Position numbers and translations under genes: made by a program. A stretch of DNA of 64,000 nt, taken from assembly GCA_965216295.1 (NCBI GenBank), contig OZ244141.1, positions 429,772-493,771 of the forward strand, given 5' to 3'. Shown one piece after another: positions 10,003 to 19,823 of this stretch; positions within the stretch are counted from its first letter, which is position 1, and each line of letters starts with the position of its first letter. Below the pieces are notes generated by a model. It saw only the letters and a list, made by a program, of their open reading frames with translations, made no database searches and was not told the DNA's origin. The stretch is from Minisyncoccota bacterium (lineage in GTDB: Bacteria > Patescibacteriota > Minisyncoccia > Phycocordibacterales > JABAAK01).

Positions 10003-11850
10003 TTATTGTAAGACAGCTCGTATCCGCCGTGTCCCCTCAGCAATTGATTTTTCACTGACGATGGAAAAAGTACCTAGGACACCCGTTCGTTCCACATGAG
10101 GACCACCACAGAATTCTTTACTAAATGTTCCAATGGTGTAGACCCGAACGGTATCGCCATATGATTCACCGAAAAGTCCAATGGCACCTATTTTTCGTGC
10201 TTTCCCAAGAGGCATGTCTTCATGCGTCACAGGAAGGTCTGCCTGAATCTGTTCGTTCACCAGACGTTCAATGGACGCTTTCTCTTCATCAGTTACCTTT
10301 CGTGAAAACAAAAAATCAAACCGCAATCGATCTTGAGTAATATTAGAACCACGTTGTTCAACTTCATTTCCAAGTACTTCTCGAAGCGCTTGATGAAGGA
10401 GATGTGTTGCCGTGTGGTATCGAACACATGCGTCACTTTCGTCAGCAAGACCACCCTTAAACATACCCCCTGCCCGTGATTGTGTCCGGTGTTCTTCCAT
10501 AACTGTTTGATAGTCTTCTTGTGCGATGGTGATACCATCCTGTTCCGCTAACGCACAGGTAAATTCAAAAGGAAATCCATACGTACTCTGCAAAAGAAAT
10601 GCACCCATTGCATTCACCTTCCCTTGCTTCAATAGTTTGTGATACTCTTCTTTGCCAACCTCAAGGACGGTGATAAACTGTTTTTCCTCTTGTTGTAAGG
10701 TGTGATACAGAGTCTCATAGTCCTGTGACGCTGCATCTGGCATATGATGCACGATACATTTCACCACAGAACCATCTATGGTGTGCGGTGTTTCAAAAGA
10801 AGTTTGCAAACGATACACAAGACGACGGATCAGTCGTCGCAAGACATATCCACTCCCTGTCGTTGCAGGAACAACACCATCGTTAAGTATAGAAACAGCA
10901 CTACGAAGATGGTCGGCAATCATGCGATAGTCCTTTTGCGCACGATCATAGGGTACCTGTGTTTGCATTTCAAGATGTTCAACAATCTCTTGAAATGTAT
11001 CAATGCGAAAGATATCTGGATTGTTATTCGTTGCCGCAGCAAGTCGCTCTAAACCACCACCAAAGTCAACATTCTTTTGATCCAAAGGAACAAAAGCATC
11101 AGTGTCTCGACGATACTCCATGAAAACTGAATTACAAATCTCCATGAATTGACCTGAGTTTGAGTTTGGATGGGGACGGCCCGTGTGTGCAGTGTTTTGA
11201 TGTTCTGAACCAAAATCAAAAAATACCTCAGTATCACCACCTCCCAATTCACCAGGTGGCATGTGCTCTGGCGCCCCTGCTCTACTCCACCAATTTTTTG
11301 TTGAATCATAGAAAAAAATTCTCTCACCTTCTTGCATACCACGACGATCACCTTCTTCGACAGAACCAATGTGTGCAATTTCTGCTGAAACTCCAGCACG
11401 AGAAAAAAGATCTCGCCAAATCTCTGCTGAAGTGGTATCGCGTGGAAGACCATACCGTTCGTCACCAGCAAAAACAGTGACGAACAAACGCTGCGGGTCA
11501 AGTCCCAATCCCTCTACAGGATCAGTTAAAAAAACAAAACACTGTTTAATCTGTTCTTCTTTGAAGTACGCACCGAGTGACCAGTTACCGAGCATTTCAA
11601 AAAACGTAGTGTGACGATTGTCACCAATGACTTCAATATCATTTGCACGAAAACATTTCTGAGAGTTTGCTAAACGAACTCCTTTGGGATGCTCTTCACC
11701 CATGAGATATGGAATGAGTGGCTGCATACCTGAACTGGTAAACAATGTCGTAGCATCATCTTGTGGCACAAGCGATGCTGAGGGTATCAAAGAGTGCCCT
11801 CTTCCTTTCATGAAAGTGAGAAATTTTTCTCGTACCTCAGTGACTCGCAT
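10003..11850 (-). CDS. alaS: alanyl-tRNA synthetase, compact form (catalytic plus editing domains, no C-Ala domain)
   Basis: Class II AlaRS N-terminus (FLTFMKGRGHSLIPSASLVP...FTSSGMQ). Editing-domain HxxxH (HTATHLLHQALREVLG) is present. The ORF ends at the CGGPHV motif, so only 615 aa. Confidence 0.85.
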   Translation of the reverse strand: MRVTEVREKFLTFMKGRGHSLIPSASLVPQDDATTLFTSSGMQPLIPYLMGEEHPKGVRLANSQKCFRANDIEVIGDNRHTTFFEMLGNWSLGAYFKEEQIKQCFVFLTDPVEGLGLDPQRLFVTVFAGDERYGLPRDTTSAEIWRDLFSRAGVSAEIAHIGSVEEGDRRGMQEGERIFFYDSTKNWWSRAGAPEHMPPGELGGGDTEVFFDFGSEHQNTAHTGRPHPNSNSGQFMEICNSVFMEYRRDTDAFVPLDQKNVDFGGGLERLAAATNNNPDIFRIDTFQEIVEHLEMQTQVPYDRAQKDYRMIADHLRSAVSILNDGVVPATTGSGYVLRRLIRRLVYRLQTSFETPHTIDGSVVKCIVHHMPDAASQDYETLYHTLQQEEKQFITVLEVGKEEYHKLLKQGKVNAMGAFLLQSTYGFPFEFTCALAEQDGITIAQEDYQTVMEEHRTQSRAGGMFKGGLADESDACVRYHTATHLLHQALREVLGNEVEQRGSNITQDRLRFDFLFSRKVTDEEKASIERLVNEQIQADLPVTHEDMPLGKARKIGAIGLFGESYGDTVRVYTIGTFSKEFCGGPHVERTGVLGTFSIVSEKSIAEGTRRIRAVLQ

Positions 11851-11873
11851 ACTCGCATCGTACCATTACACTC

Positions 11874-12659
11874 TCACGAAACCGTCCCTTCAACATGACT
11901 TCGAAATGAGTGCCCAGCAGCGTCACGGTATGTGCAGAGATCACAGACAGCATTGTTATATGACAAACCAACAGGAGGAATTGCATCATCAGTCAATAAT
12001 TTCCGTATTGCCAACAGTGTTGTTGCAACCCAATCATGATTGCCGTGGTACGGTATCACTTGTGTCGCAAACAAGAGTTTGTCATTGAAGGCTGTTTGAG
12101 TACTATCTCCATTTGCGTAAACAAAGTAAGCATCATTTGAAACAGAAAAATTGTTTTTTTCAAAAAGCCATTGGTATATCTCTACCTGTCGCTTGTACGA
12201 ATCCTGCCATGAAGCATCAATGGTTACCGTGCCCTCTTTGGCAGTTGCTTTGTAATCAACAATGAAAATGTCGTGAGAGGTCGGATCATGCCAGACATCA
12301 TCAATACCACCGAAGAGTATAAAGTTACTCTCACGATCGTGGTAACGAATGCCACGAAACGGATCTCGCCATGTCTCTATATCTTTGTGCTGTAGTGGTA
12401 CCAAATTTGGACACACACTGTGACAAAGCGGATGAGGCTTCTGTGATGCACGGTAAGTATCAAACTCTTTTTTCAAAAGTGTATCAACAGCAAGATTCAA
12501 ATTAAACGGAGGAAAGTTTGGTTGATTTACCCCCAATCGACGATCTAGATAAAAACAGCGTTGGCAACGGATATACGACTCAATTTTTGAACGAGAAAGT
12601 GCAAACGGCTCACTACTCTTTGGGTCAAAAATATTTTTCCTTCGCGTTGCGTATTGCAT
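11874..12659 (-). CDS. PD-(D/E)xK nuclease superfamily protein, Cas4/RecB-like with CxxC...CxxC cysteines
   Basis: 261-aa ORF. IFIVDYKAT looks like a D..(D/E)xK core. N-terminal CQRC and C-terminal CDLC could coordinate an Fe-S cluster as in Cas4/AddB nuclease domains. Confidence 0.45.
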   Translation of the reverse strand: MQYATRRKNIFDPKSSEPFALSRSKIESYIRCQRCFYLDRRLGVNQPNFPPFNLNLAVDTLLKKEFDTYRASQKPHPLCHSVCPNLVPLQHKDIETWRDPFRGIRYHDRESNFILFGGIDDVWHDPTSHDIFIVDYKATAKEGTVTIDASWQDSYKRQVEIYQWLFEKNNFSVSNDAYFVYANGDSTQTAFNDKLLFATQVIPYHGNHDWVATTLLAIRKLLTDDAIPPVGLSYNNAVCDLCTYRDAAGHSFRSHVEGTVS

Positions 12660-12677
12660 TACAAGGGTATGGTACCA

Positions 12678-13520
12678 CTACACACCCCTTCGCTCAGGAA
12701 CACAGAGCATCTTTGCCTCATCAATCAAGATATCAAGGTGGTGTATTGGTGTGTGTTCTAGTGTTGACACCTTGTCAAGAAAGTCTCGACATGTAGTGAT
12801 TTTCATATCAAACAACATCCGTGCACTCTGTCTGCTTAATGATGGGAGACACGTGATTGGGTGTGCGTTTACCTTGGTAATCATAGTTTGTAAATTGTTG
12901 TCATGCGGGTAGCCCCATCCCAAAAGAGTAACACCCGAACACTCAGCATAGTGTATTGCATTAGAGGTAAATTTTCCATTGGTGACCAAAATACATTCAT
13001 CAACCAAATCCTTGCTCCATCTTTCATGCCATCCCTTTTTGATGAGATCATCAAATCGCGCTTTGACATAGAGTGCGACTTTCAAATCAAGCCGTCCCTG
13101 AGGATCATTTTGAAATTTCGCTTCTATGGCAATTTTTTTCTTCCCTTTTGTCGCATGCACATCAACTTCGTGAATAACACAGTGTCCACGGAGGTTGATG
13201 TTTGTTTTCACCGCATATCCCATACGGGAAAACAAGACACCAATAAATTTTTCAAAAGGAAATCCGGTTGGACCCAAACCGACAAGAGCACGTCGAAGTG
13301 AGTAGCGTATCGCTGCTGGTCTTTCAAAGGAATTCAAGAGTAAAAACGCTTTCTTATAAATACTATCAGTTGTTTCACCCTCCTGTATGTCTTGGGAAAC
13401 CTGATCAACTATTTTTTGTATACTGCCAGAGCTAGCACCTGCTTTCTTGAGCGATCGTTCAAGAAGTGATTGATCAAAAGGAACAAGGTTCCCATCCCGT
13501 TTGGTAACATGCCTATTCAC
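12678..13520 (-). CDS. ATP-cone domain fused to Mrr-like restriction endonuclease domain
   Basis: N-terminal VTKRDGNLVPFDQSLLERSLKKAG is an ATP-cone signature. The following FEKFIGVLFSRMGYAV...HEVDVHATKGKKKIAIEAKF fits the Mrr_cat D..E.K nuclease core. Confidence 0.5.
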   Translation of the reverse strand: MNRHVTKRDGNLVPFDQSLLERSLKKAGASSGSIQKIVDQVSQDIQEGETTDSIYKKAFLLLNSFERPAAIRYSLRRALVGLGPTGFPFEKFIGVLFSRMGYAVKTNINLRGHCVIHEVDVHATKGKKKIAIEAKFQNDPQGRLDLKVALYVKARFDDLIKKGWHERWSKDLVDECILVTNGKFTSNAIHYAECSGVTLLGWGYPHDNNLQTMITKVNAHPITCLPSLSRQSARMLFDMKITTCRDFLDKVSTLEHTPIHHLDILIDEAKMLCVPERRGV

Positions 13521-13541
13521 ACTGACAGTGTATCACTCCTC

Positions 13542-14570
13542 TCACACCACACCACCACCGAGACATTCTCCCTGATCGCTATAGAGAACCAATGACTGTC
13601 CTTGTGCAATGAGTGCTGGTGTATCAAGGTGAATCTTGGTACCTTCAAGTGCCACAGAAACAACAGGTTGTAGATGACGCCAACGGGCAAAGAGAAGTTC
13701 ATCACGTGGACGCCGATGCCAGTGCACATCGTGTAACTGATAAGCACATGTACCGAATGATTCGGGAGTACGGCTAACGTGCACTATGTTACGGTCACAA
13801 TCTTTCCCCACCACGAAGTACGGTCCGTGATAGTTAGGGTGTAAGGTAAACCCATGTCGTTGCCCGAGTGTATAGAAAGAAACTCCGTCATGACTACCAA
13901 CGGCACTATTCTCTTCTGCACACCACACAACCCCAGGAACAACTGGTAAGTACTGTTGTAGAAAATCACGAACTGATACATCGCCGATAAAGCAGATGCC
14001 GGTACTCTCTGTTCGTTCTGCAGATGGCAGACGAGCCTTTTTCGCAATTGCTCGCACTTCTTTTTTATGCATACCTCCGATTGGAAAAAGAGTTTTAGAA
14101 AGAAGAGCGTTCTCTACTGCCCAGAGAAAGTAAGTTTGATCTTTTGTTGGGTCAACACCACAAAAAAGTCGCTGGGAAGAACCATCACTCTCAAGTCGGG
14201 CGTAATGTCCTGTTGCGACAAACGCGGCATCGCTCTTGTCATGGAGAACATCAAATTTTACAAACTTATTACAGAGAATATCGGGGTTGGGAGTTTGGTT
14301 CTGTCGATATGCTTCCACGAATGGTTCTATGACATGTTTTGTGTACTGTGCCGTTGCGTCAATGGTGTGAAATGGAATACCCAATGCCGCCGCAACACGC
14401 ATGGCACTCAGTTGATCTTCATCGGCGGTGCAGTGTATAAACGAAGGTGGTCGAACGTATAAAAAAAGAGCGTGGACCTGATATCCCGCTTGTTTGAGAA
14501 GATATGCACTGACCGATGAGTCAACACCTCCAGACAGTGCTACATCAACTCTCCCCCGCTCCATACCCAT
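13542..14570 (-). CDS. mnmA: tRNA-specific 2-thiouridylase MnmA
   Basis: PP-loop VALSGGVDSSV is present. Length is typical for MnmA. Confidence 0.85.
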   Translation of the reverse strand: MGMERGRVDVALSGGVDSSVSAYLLKQAGYQVHALFLYVRPPSFIHCTADEDQLSAMRVAAALGIPFHTIDATAQYTKHVIEPFVEAYRQNQTPNPDILCNKFVKFDVLHDKSDAAFVATGHYARLESDGSSQRLFCGVDPTKDQTYFLWAVENALLSKTLFPIGGMHKKEVRAIAKKARLPSAERTESTGICFIGDVSVRDFLQQYLPVVPGVVWCAEENSAVGSHDGVSFYTLGQRHGFTLHPNYHGPYFVVGKDCDRNIVHVSRTPESFGTCAYQLHDVHWHRRPRDELLFARWRHLQPVVSVALEGTKIHLDTPALIAQGQSLVLYSDQGECLGGGVV

Positions 14571-15523
14571 TACTGCTTACGAATAAATTTTGCTTTCTTG
14601 ATGACATGTTCGTCGTGTGTTTCACTGAAGTGTGTCACACCATTTTTATCAGCCAAGAAAAACAGATAGTTTGAAATGTATGGATCTACAACTGCTTGCA
14701 GTGATTGCTTACTTGGATTACTGATAGGTTTTGGTGGTATACCCTTGTTCTTGTATGTATTGTGTGGGTCATCAATGTTGAGATCTTGTTTTGTTAAATC
14801 AAATGTTCCTTTACCATTAATGAAACGGAATGAAACATCCACTTGGAGTGGTATATCAGCTGAAAGACGGTTAAAGAGAACGCTCGCTATCTTGCGACGA
14901 TCATCGTAGTTCCTTGCTTCTAATTCAACAATAGAGGCAAGTGTAATGAGTTCAAGTTCAGAGAACGGACCGCTGTAATCGTTAAGGATATCCCTATTTT
15001 TACTCTCAAATGTCTCTTTCATAATAGCGATAACCTCTTGTGGTGTTGGTTCCTCGTCTTCAGCGAAGAAGTAGGTATCTGGATAGAGATATCCGTGCTC
15101 TGCAATTGCAAGCACAACGAACTCATCTTTTGAAAAGTTTGGAAAAACACCTTGAAACGCAGTTGCTATTTCAAATGCATTAGAACCCTCGTGAATCAAA
15201 ACACGTTTGGTGAGAGAATTTTTCTCTCCGTGATACAAATCTTTTGCGCGAGAGAAAACGCTCTTTGATTCTAAGAAGTGGTATGACCCAGCGACCACTT
15301 TATTACCCCAGAGGTAACTTGATGCGATGAAGAGTGTTGGAGAATCAATCACCTCTTCTTGCGTCAGATTGTCAGCAATAGTACGGATATTCTCTCCTGT
15401 TGAAACAGTGAAAACGCGTGGGTAGAAAACCCGTCCAATCGGTGGTAAGAAAAAGAGTATACACAGAGCAAGTGTGAACGACGCTGCTGCCGTGAGAGTA
15501 AGTTGCACGGTTATTGGTTTCAT
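14570..15523 (-). CDS. mltG: endolytic murein transglycosylase MltG (YceG-like)
   Basis: TM anchor followed by the YceG/MltG C-terminal block NTYKNKGIPPKPISNPSKQSLQAVVDP. Start chosen at the internal Met (MKPITVQ) so it abuts the upstream gene; the ORF track extends to 15610. Confidence 0.7.
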   Translation of the reverse strand: MKPITVQLTLTAAASFTLALCILFFLPPIGRVFYPRVFTVSTGENIRTIADNLTQEEVIDSPTLFIASSYLWGNKVVAGSYHFLESKSVFSRAKDLYHGEKNSLTKRVLIHEGSNAFEIATAFQGVFPNFSKDEFVVLAIAEHGYLYPDTYFFAEDEEPTPQEVIAIMKETFESKNRDILNDYSGPFSELELITLASIVELEARNYDDRRKIASVLFNRLSADIPLQVDVSFRFINGKGTFDLTKQDLNIDDPHNTYKNKGIPPKPISNPSKQSLQAVVDPYISNYLFFLADKNGVTHFSETHDEHVIKKAKFIRKQ

Positions 15524-16944
15524 GTTGGTAGGTTTTCTGGTGATTCCCCTGTACGAGCAAGTGTCCTTTGTACCGTTGGTGTTCGCACAAATGTGGTTGG
15601 AAAATGACAAATAGTCGCAAGTATTTCAGTACTCATGAGCATTGTTTTTCTGGTAACACTGGGTTCGTCTTCCGACGCTGGAGAGAATCGATACACGGCA
15701 GGGGCGAACCAGAACATCCTATCACGATAGAGTCGTAAAAGTACATCCCTCTCCTCAATACGTCCTGGTTTTTCAGTCTTTTCTGGAAAAACTGTTGCTT
15801 CTTCAAGGAGGCGACCAGACGGCACCAACGCATTTGTCGCTGTTTGTGTGAGACGGAACGCATTGAGAAATGATGGAATTCGAGTTTCCTTACACTCTTC
15901 ATGAGGAGCAAGGTAGAGCATGCGCATACCAATCTCAAAGACACCTTTTTCACTAATACGACCACCGGTAGCAACAAGACGTTTCTCCGAGTCGGTTAAG
16001 TCTGGTTTCAACTTCAATTCTGAATCTTTCAATGCGTCTGCCTGCTTCTTTCGAAACGCCATAATCTCATCAATTACCTCTTCGGATATCTTCTTTTGTT
16101 CCCAATACTCACGTTTGAGCACTTGCGTCTCATACTGCTCTGGTGGTCTAGCATACTTCTCTGTACGAGCGATAAACTGAAGCCATAGTTTCTCATTACC
16201 AGTCAGTGTTCCTGCTATCTCAAACAACGGTGCCATGGGATCAAGCGGTGCACTATCTTTGGGTGTTTTTTCTGTTACGAAATCGGCGTAACTCTTTATT
16301 GGTAAAGCGTCTTGACGGGCAAGGTTCCATTCAACGCCCCACAGTGACCACTTGTCCGTGTCGTAGAGTACATCAAGAGTGTAATCATCAACGTCAATAA
16401 TCTGTGCGTCTGGATAGTATGTATAGATAGCTGTTGTGATAACATCACGCATGTTTGCCCGTGCTCGGATAAAGAAACGAACAACGCCCCCTTGTGAGAC
16501 AATCTCAAAGGAATAGACTGGTCGTGTTTTCCCTTGAACCCACTTTTTATACCAATTTCCCTCTCCTGAACTAATATAAATGGTCTCAAAAAAAAGTTCC
16601 ATCATAGAGATTGGATACTCTTTCTGATCTGGAAGTCGAACCTCTATCAATGAGTACGGTCGAGTGAGAAAGTTAAGCAATTGGCGATGACGAACAAATT
16701 CCAAGAAACCATAAAAAAGAGCTCCAGCAAAAAAACTGAGAAAGGCGCTGAGTATCAAATGGTACTTAGCACCAATAAGTGCGGCAAAGAAAGATGGGTT
16801 GGTGAAGAATTGATCCTCCACGTATGCAGGAGCGAGGATATTAAAGAGAAGCCACGCTAAAAGCGCTAACACGAGTAGTGCATAGCCGAGATTATAAAAC
16901 GACTGTAATGTCTCACCTCTAAACATAGTGTATGCCCACCTCAC
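15520..16944 (-). CDS. hypothetical membrane protein (N-terminal TM helices, large soluble domain)
   Basis: 474-aa ORF with two N-terminal hydrophobic segments and no recognisable catalytic motifs. Confidence 0.4.
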   Translation of the reverse strand: MRWAYTMFRGETLQSFYNLGYALLVLALLAWLLFNILAPAYVEDQFFTNPSFFAALIGAKYHLILSAFLSFFAGALFYGFLEFVRHRQLLNFLTRPYSLIEVRLPDQKEYPISMMELFFETIYISSGEGNWYKKWVQGKTRPVYSFEIVSQGGVVRFFIRARANMRDVITTAIYTYYPDAQIIDVDDYTLDVLYDTDKWSLWGVEWNLARQDALPIKSYADFVTEKTPKDSAPLDPMAPLFEIAGTLTGNEKLWLQFIARTEKYARPPEQYETQVLKREYWEQKKISEEVIDEIMAFRKKQADALKDSELKLKPDLTDSEKRLVATGGRISEKGVFEIGMRMLYLAPHEECKETRIPSFLNAFRLTQTATNALVPSGRLLEEATVFPEKTEKPGRIEERDVLLRLYRDRMFWFAPAVYRFSPASEDEPSVTRKTMLMSTEILATICHFPTTFVRTPTVQRTLARTGESPENLPT

Positions 16945-16979
16945 CTACAGTATACGGCACCACGTACACACATTCGCAG

Positions 16980-18068
16980 TTACGCTAACGAATACTTCTT
17001 ATCCCTCCCTAAGGTAAAGTTAGAACGATTAGTCAGTGCCTGTGCAATGGTTGCATCTTGCACGATACGCTCATCTTTCACTCGTTTCATAATCATTTTA
17101 CGATCAAGTGGACCATGTTTGGTAATAAGGTGTTTGATGATATCAGTAACCGTACCAGGTTGGTAACCATCATTGGCAAGTGCATAGATACCACGACCAA
17201 CGAGTACAAAATCTTCTTTGTTCACTAATTCATTGTGACAGGTACTCGTGTGAGTTGGGGCGTCTCGCAATTTGGCAACTTCTTTTGTTATCTCATCAAA
17301 GTGCATAGGTCTATTCTTCTTTCGCATAACGAAACGAATGTATCCGCCAATGTTTGAGAGAGCAATTTCAGGATTATCCCGATGACCCCACTCATTAAAT
17401 TTATTCTTCTTGATAAACTTAGAAAGTTTCACAAGCTCCTCGTGACTTGCTGCATCCTTTGGCTGTTTTTTACTACTACCAAATGTTTCACGTGCTGCAG
17501 CATGAAGAATGGAAAATATTCCTTCCTTTGAAAAAATTTCAGAACGGTCTTTCTTTACCTTTTTGTGAAAAGCATTCACCACCTTGCGGGTAGAGTCTAC
17601 TTGATCTTGACTGAGTGACCAAAACGGATGAAGGTTATCATCTTGACTGGCAAAGGTAAATATATCAAAACAAGTGAGGAGTAATCGCAAATATCCTGCA
17701 TCGGTTGGCTTTGCTGCATCACAAATGTGACAGATAGTCTTTTCAGAAGCTGCGCCACCACAACTACGTATAGTGTACTCAAGTGTACCGACTGCACCTG
17801 ACAATTCTTTGACACACTCATCTTTGTTCAATGTAGCAAAAGCGGCACTTTGAATTTGACGAATACGCTCTCGAGTGAGGGAGAGTGTATCACCAATTTT
17901 TTGCAATCGTTGTGGTTTACCGTCTTGTAAGCCGTGGCGAAGCATGAGAACACGCCTCTGCTGCTTTGGCAGTTTTTCAAGTGCTCTATCAACTGAGTCT
18001 TTTATACCTCCTTTCATACTATTTGGTGTATCTGTCAAGCGTGGTAAAGTTACCATGCGATATGACAA
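16980..18068 (-). CDS. sigma-70 region-4 (HTH) domain protein with unknown C-terminal domain
   Basis: N-terminal LPKQQRRVLMLRHGLQDGKPQRLQKIGDTLSLTRERIRQIQSAAFATL matches sigma70_r4. No region 2 or 3. About 270 aa of unassigned sequence follow. Confidence 0.5.
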   Translation of the reverse strand: MSYRMVTLPRLTDTPNSMKGGIKDSVDRALEKLPKQQRRVLMLRHGLQDGKPQRLQKIGDTLSLTRERIRQIQSAAFATLNKDECVKELSGAVGTLEYTIRSCGGAASEKTICHICDAAKPTDAGYLRLLLTCFDIFTFASQDDNLHPFWSLSQDQVDSTRKVVNAFHKKVKKDRSEIFSKEGIFSILHAAARETFGSSKKQPKDAASHEELVKLSKFIKKNKFNEWGHRDNPEIALSNIGGYIRFVMRKKNRPMHFDEITKEVAKLRDAPTHTSTCHNELVNKEDFVLVGRGIYALANDGYQPGTVTDIIKHLITKHGPLDRKMIMKRVKDERIVQDATIAQALTNRSNFTLGRDKKYSLA

Positions 18069-18116
18069 ATATATAATATCATAAAATTTTTGTTTTGTGA
18101 AACATTGAACACTTCT

Positions 18117-19163
18117 CTATATACGAAATGTGATGCAATCACCGTCTTTAACGACATATCCCTTCCCTTCTATACGAAATACTCCAACTTGTTTCGCTTG
18201 AGCAAGAGATGTCAATGCCACAGCATCCTGATACGCTATCACCTCTGCACGGATAAACTTTTCTTCAAAATCAGAATGAATTGCACGACCAGCTTCTTTT
18301 GCTGTTGATCCTTCCGTCACAGTCCATGCTCGTGTTTCTTTTTCACCGACGGTAAAAAATGTTATAAGACGAAGCGTTCGGTACGCAGTTTGAATAATCA
18401 CTTGAATATCATCCTCCTGTAACGTCACCGCGTCGCTTGTTTGTGCAATACTCTTTTCTGCAGTCACGATAGTCCACGGTATACCGTGTTCTTTCGCATA
18501 TGCGATAACACCCTCTGCCGCTGTATCATTTTTCGTAGTGGCGTTGATAACAAAAAATAGTGGTTTTGCAGTCAGGAGGTGAAGATGTCGTACTTCCTCT
18601 AACTCATGTTCAGTGAGTGTTTCATAGAGAAGAGTTGTTCCAGTTGCAACGGTGGTATGTATCTTTTTTAAAAGTATCTCTTCTTTCTCCGCTGCTTTCG
18701 TACCTCGTTTCACCTCTTTCTGTAACTGTCCTAACCGACGCTCAATCGTCTGTAAATCTGCCAGGAGTAATTCGGTGTGAATAGTGTCAATATCACGGTG
18801 TGCATCCACGGTACCGTCAACATGGGTAATGGCACCATCGGCAAACACTCGAACAACGTGTGCAATTGCATCTACCTCTCTGATGTGTGACAAAAAACGA
18901 TTTCCCAAACCCTCACCGTCTGCAGCACCACGCACCAACCCTGCTATATCAGTGAATGTAACGGTGGTCGGTGTCACCTTTTGTGAAGAAGCAAGTCGTG
19001 AGAGCTGCTCGAGTCGCTCATCAGGAACAATAACAACACCAACTGATGGATTGATAGTACAAAATGGAAAATTCTCCGCAGGAACTGCCTGTTTTGTCAG
19101 TGCATTAAAAAGCGTACTCTTGCCAGCGTTTGGCAACCCAACAATACCTACCGAAAGTCCCAT
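18117..19163 (-). CDS. ychF: ribosome-binding ATPase YchF (Obg-like GTPase family)
   Basis: GIVGLPNAGKSTLFNALT P-loop, DIAGLV G3 motif and a C-terminal TGS-like region are present. Confidence 0.9.
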   Translation of the reverse strand: MGLSVGIVGLPNAGKSTLFNALTKQAVPAENFPFCTINPSVGVVIVPDERLEQLSRLASSQKVTPTTVTFTDIAGLVRGAADGEGLGNRFLSHIREVDAIAHVVRVFADGAITHVDGTVDAHRDIDTIHTELLLADLQTIERRLGQLQKEVKRGTKAAEKEEILLKKIHTTVATGTTLLYETLTEHELEEVRHLHLLTAKPLFFVINATTKNDTAAEGVIAYAKEHGIPWTIVTAEKSIAQTSDAVTLQEDDIQVIIQTAYRTLRLITFFTVGEKETRAWTVTEGSTAKEAGRAIHSDFEEKFIRAEVIAYQDAVALTSLAQAKQVGVFRIEGKGYVVKDGDCITFRI

Positions 19164-19759
19164 ACCTCTGCGTCACGTTTTGCCATCTTTGCAACCTTTG
19201 TTATCCACCGACCTCGCTTTGCCTCTGAAGAACCTCGTGTTGGTCCAAAATGGCACACACGCACCGGTCTTATACCACAGCTTTTTAGGATACCTTTTGC
19301 GAGTTCATTAGTGTATGAACCCATTTTAAAATAGAGAAGGAGGGGGTGTACAGAACCGACAATATTGATAATACGAGCGCTCTTCTTCTTCAACAACGGA
19401 ACAAAGGTATCATCAACAAATTGAAATGCAAATCCAGGAAGAAATGCCCTATCAAAAAGCCCTTTCATTTTTGCAGGCATCGTGCTCCACCAATTTGGGT
19501 AGATAACAACAAAATGGTCTGCCCACTGAATATTTTTTTGAAATTGTATCAAATCTGGTTCTAGTTCTTGAATAACATCGTACCCTTGATGGAGTGTTGG
19601 ATCAAATGTTAACTCATCAATAGTATGTCGTCGTACCTCGGCACCCGCTTCTTTTGCTCCCCGCTCATATGCATCTGCCATACCATATGATAGGGATGAG
19701 TGGACAGGATTACCACACAATATATAAATTTTTTTTCTCTTCACTTCCATATAATGCAC
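19148..19759 (-). CDS. flavodoxin-like NAD(P)H-dependent oxidoreductase (NQO/MdaB-like)
   Basis: KIYILCGNPVHSSLSYGMADAYERGAKEAGAEVRRHTIDEL has the flavodoxin_2 architecture. The likely true start is the second Met (MEVKRKK). Confidence 0.55.
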   Translation of the reverse strand: MHYMEVKRKKIYILCGNPVHSSLSYGMADAYERGAKEAGAEVRRHTIDELTFDPTLHQGYDVIQELEPDLIQFQKNIQWADHFVVIYPNWWSTMPAKMKGLFDRAFLPGFAFQFVDDTFVPLLKKKSARIINIVGSVHPLLLYFKMGSYTNELAKGILKSCGIRPVRVCHFGPTRGSSEAKRGRWITKVAKMAKRDAEVWDFR

Positions 19760-19823
19760 TCACCCTCATTGAAACATCTCTCATCTCATAGGGGAGTATA
19801 TCACACGACCACATAGAAAGGAT

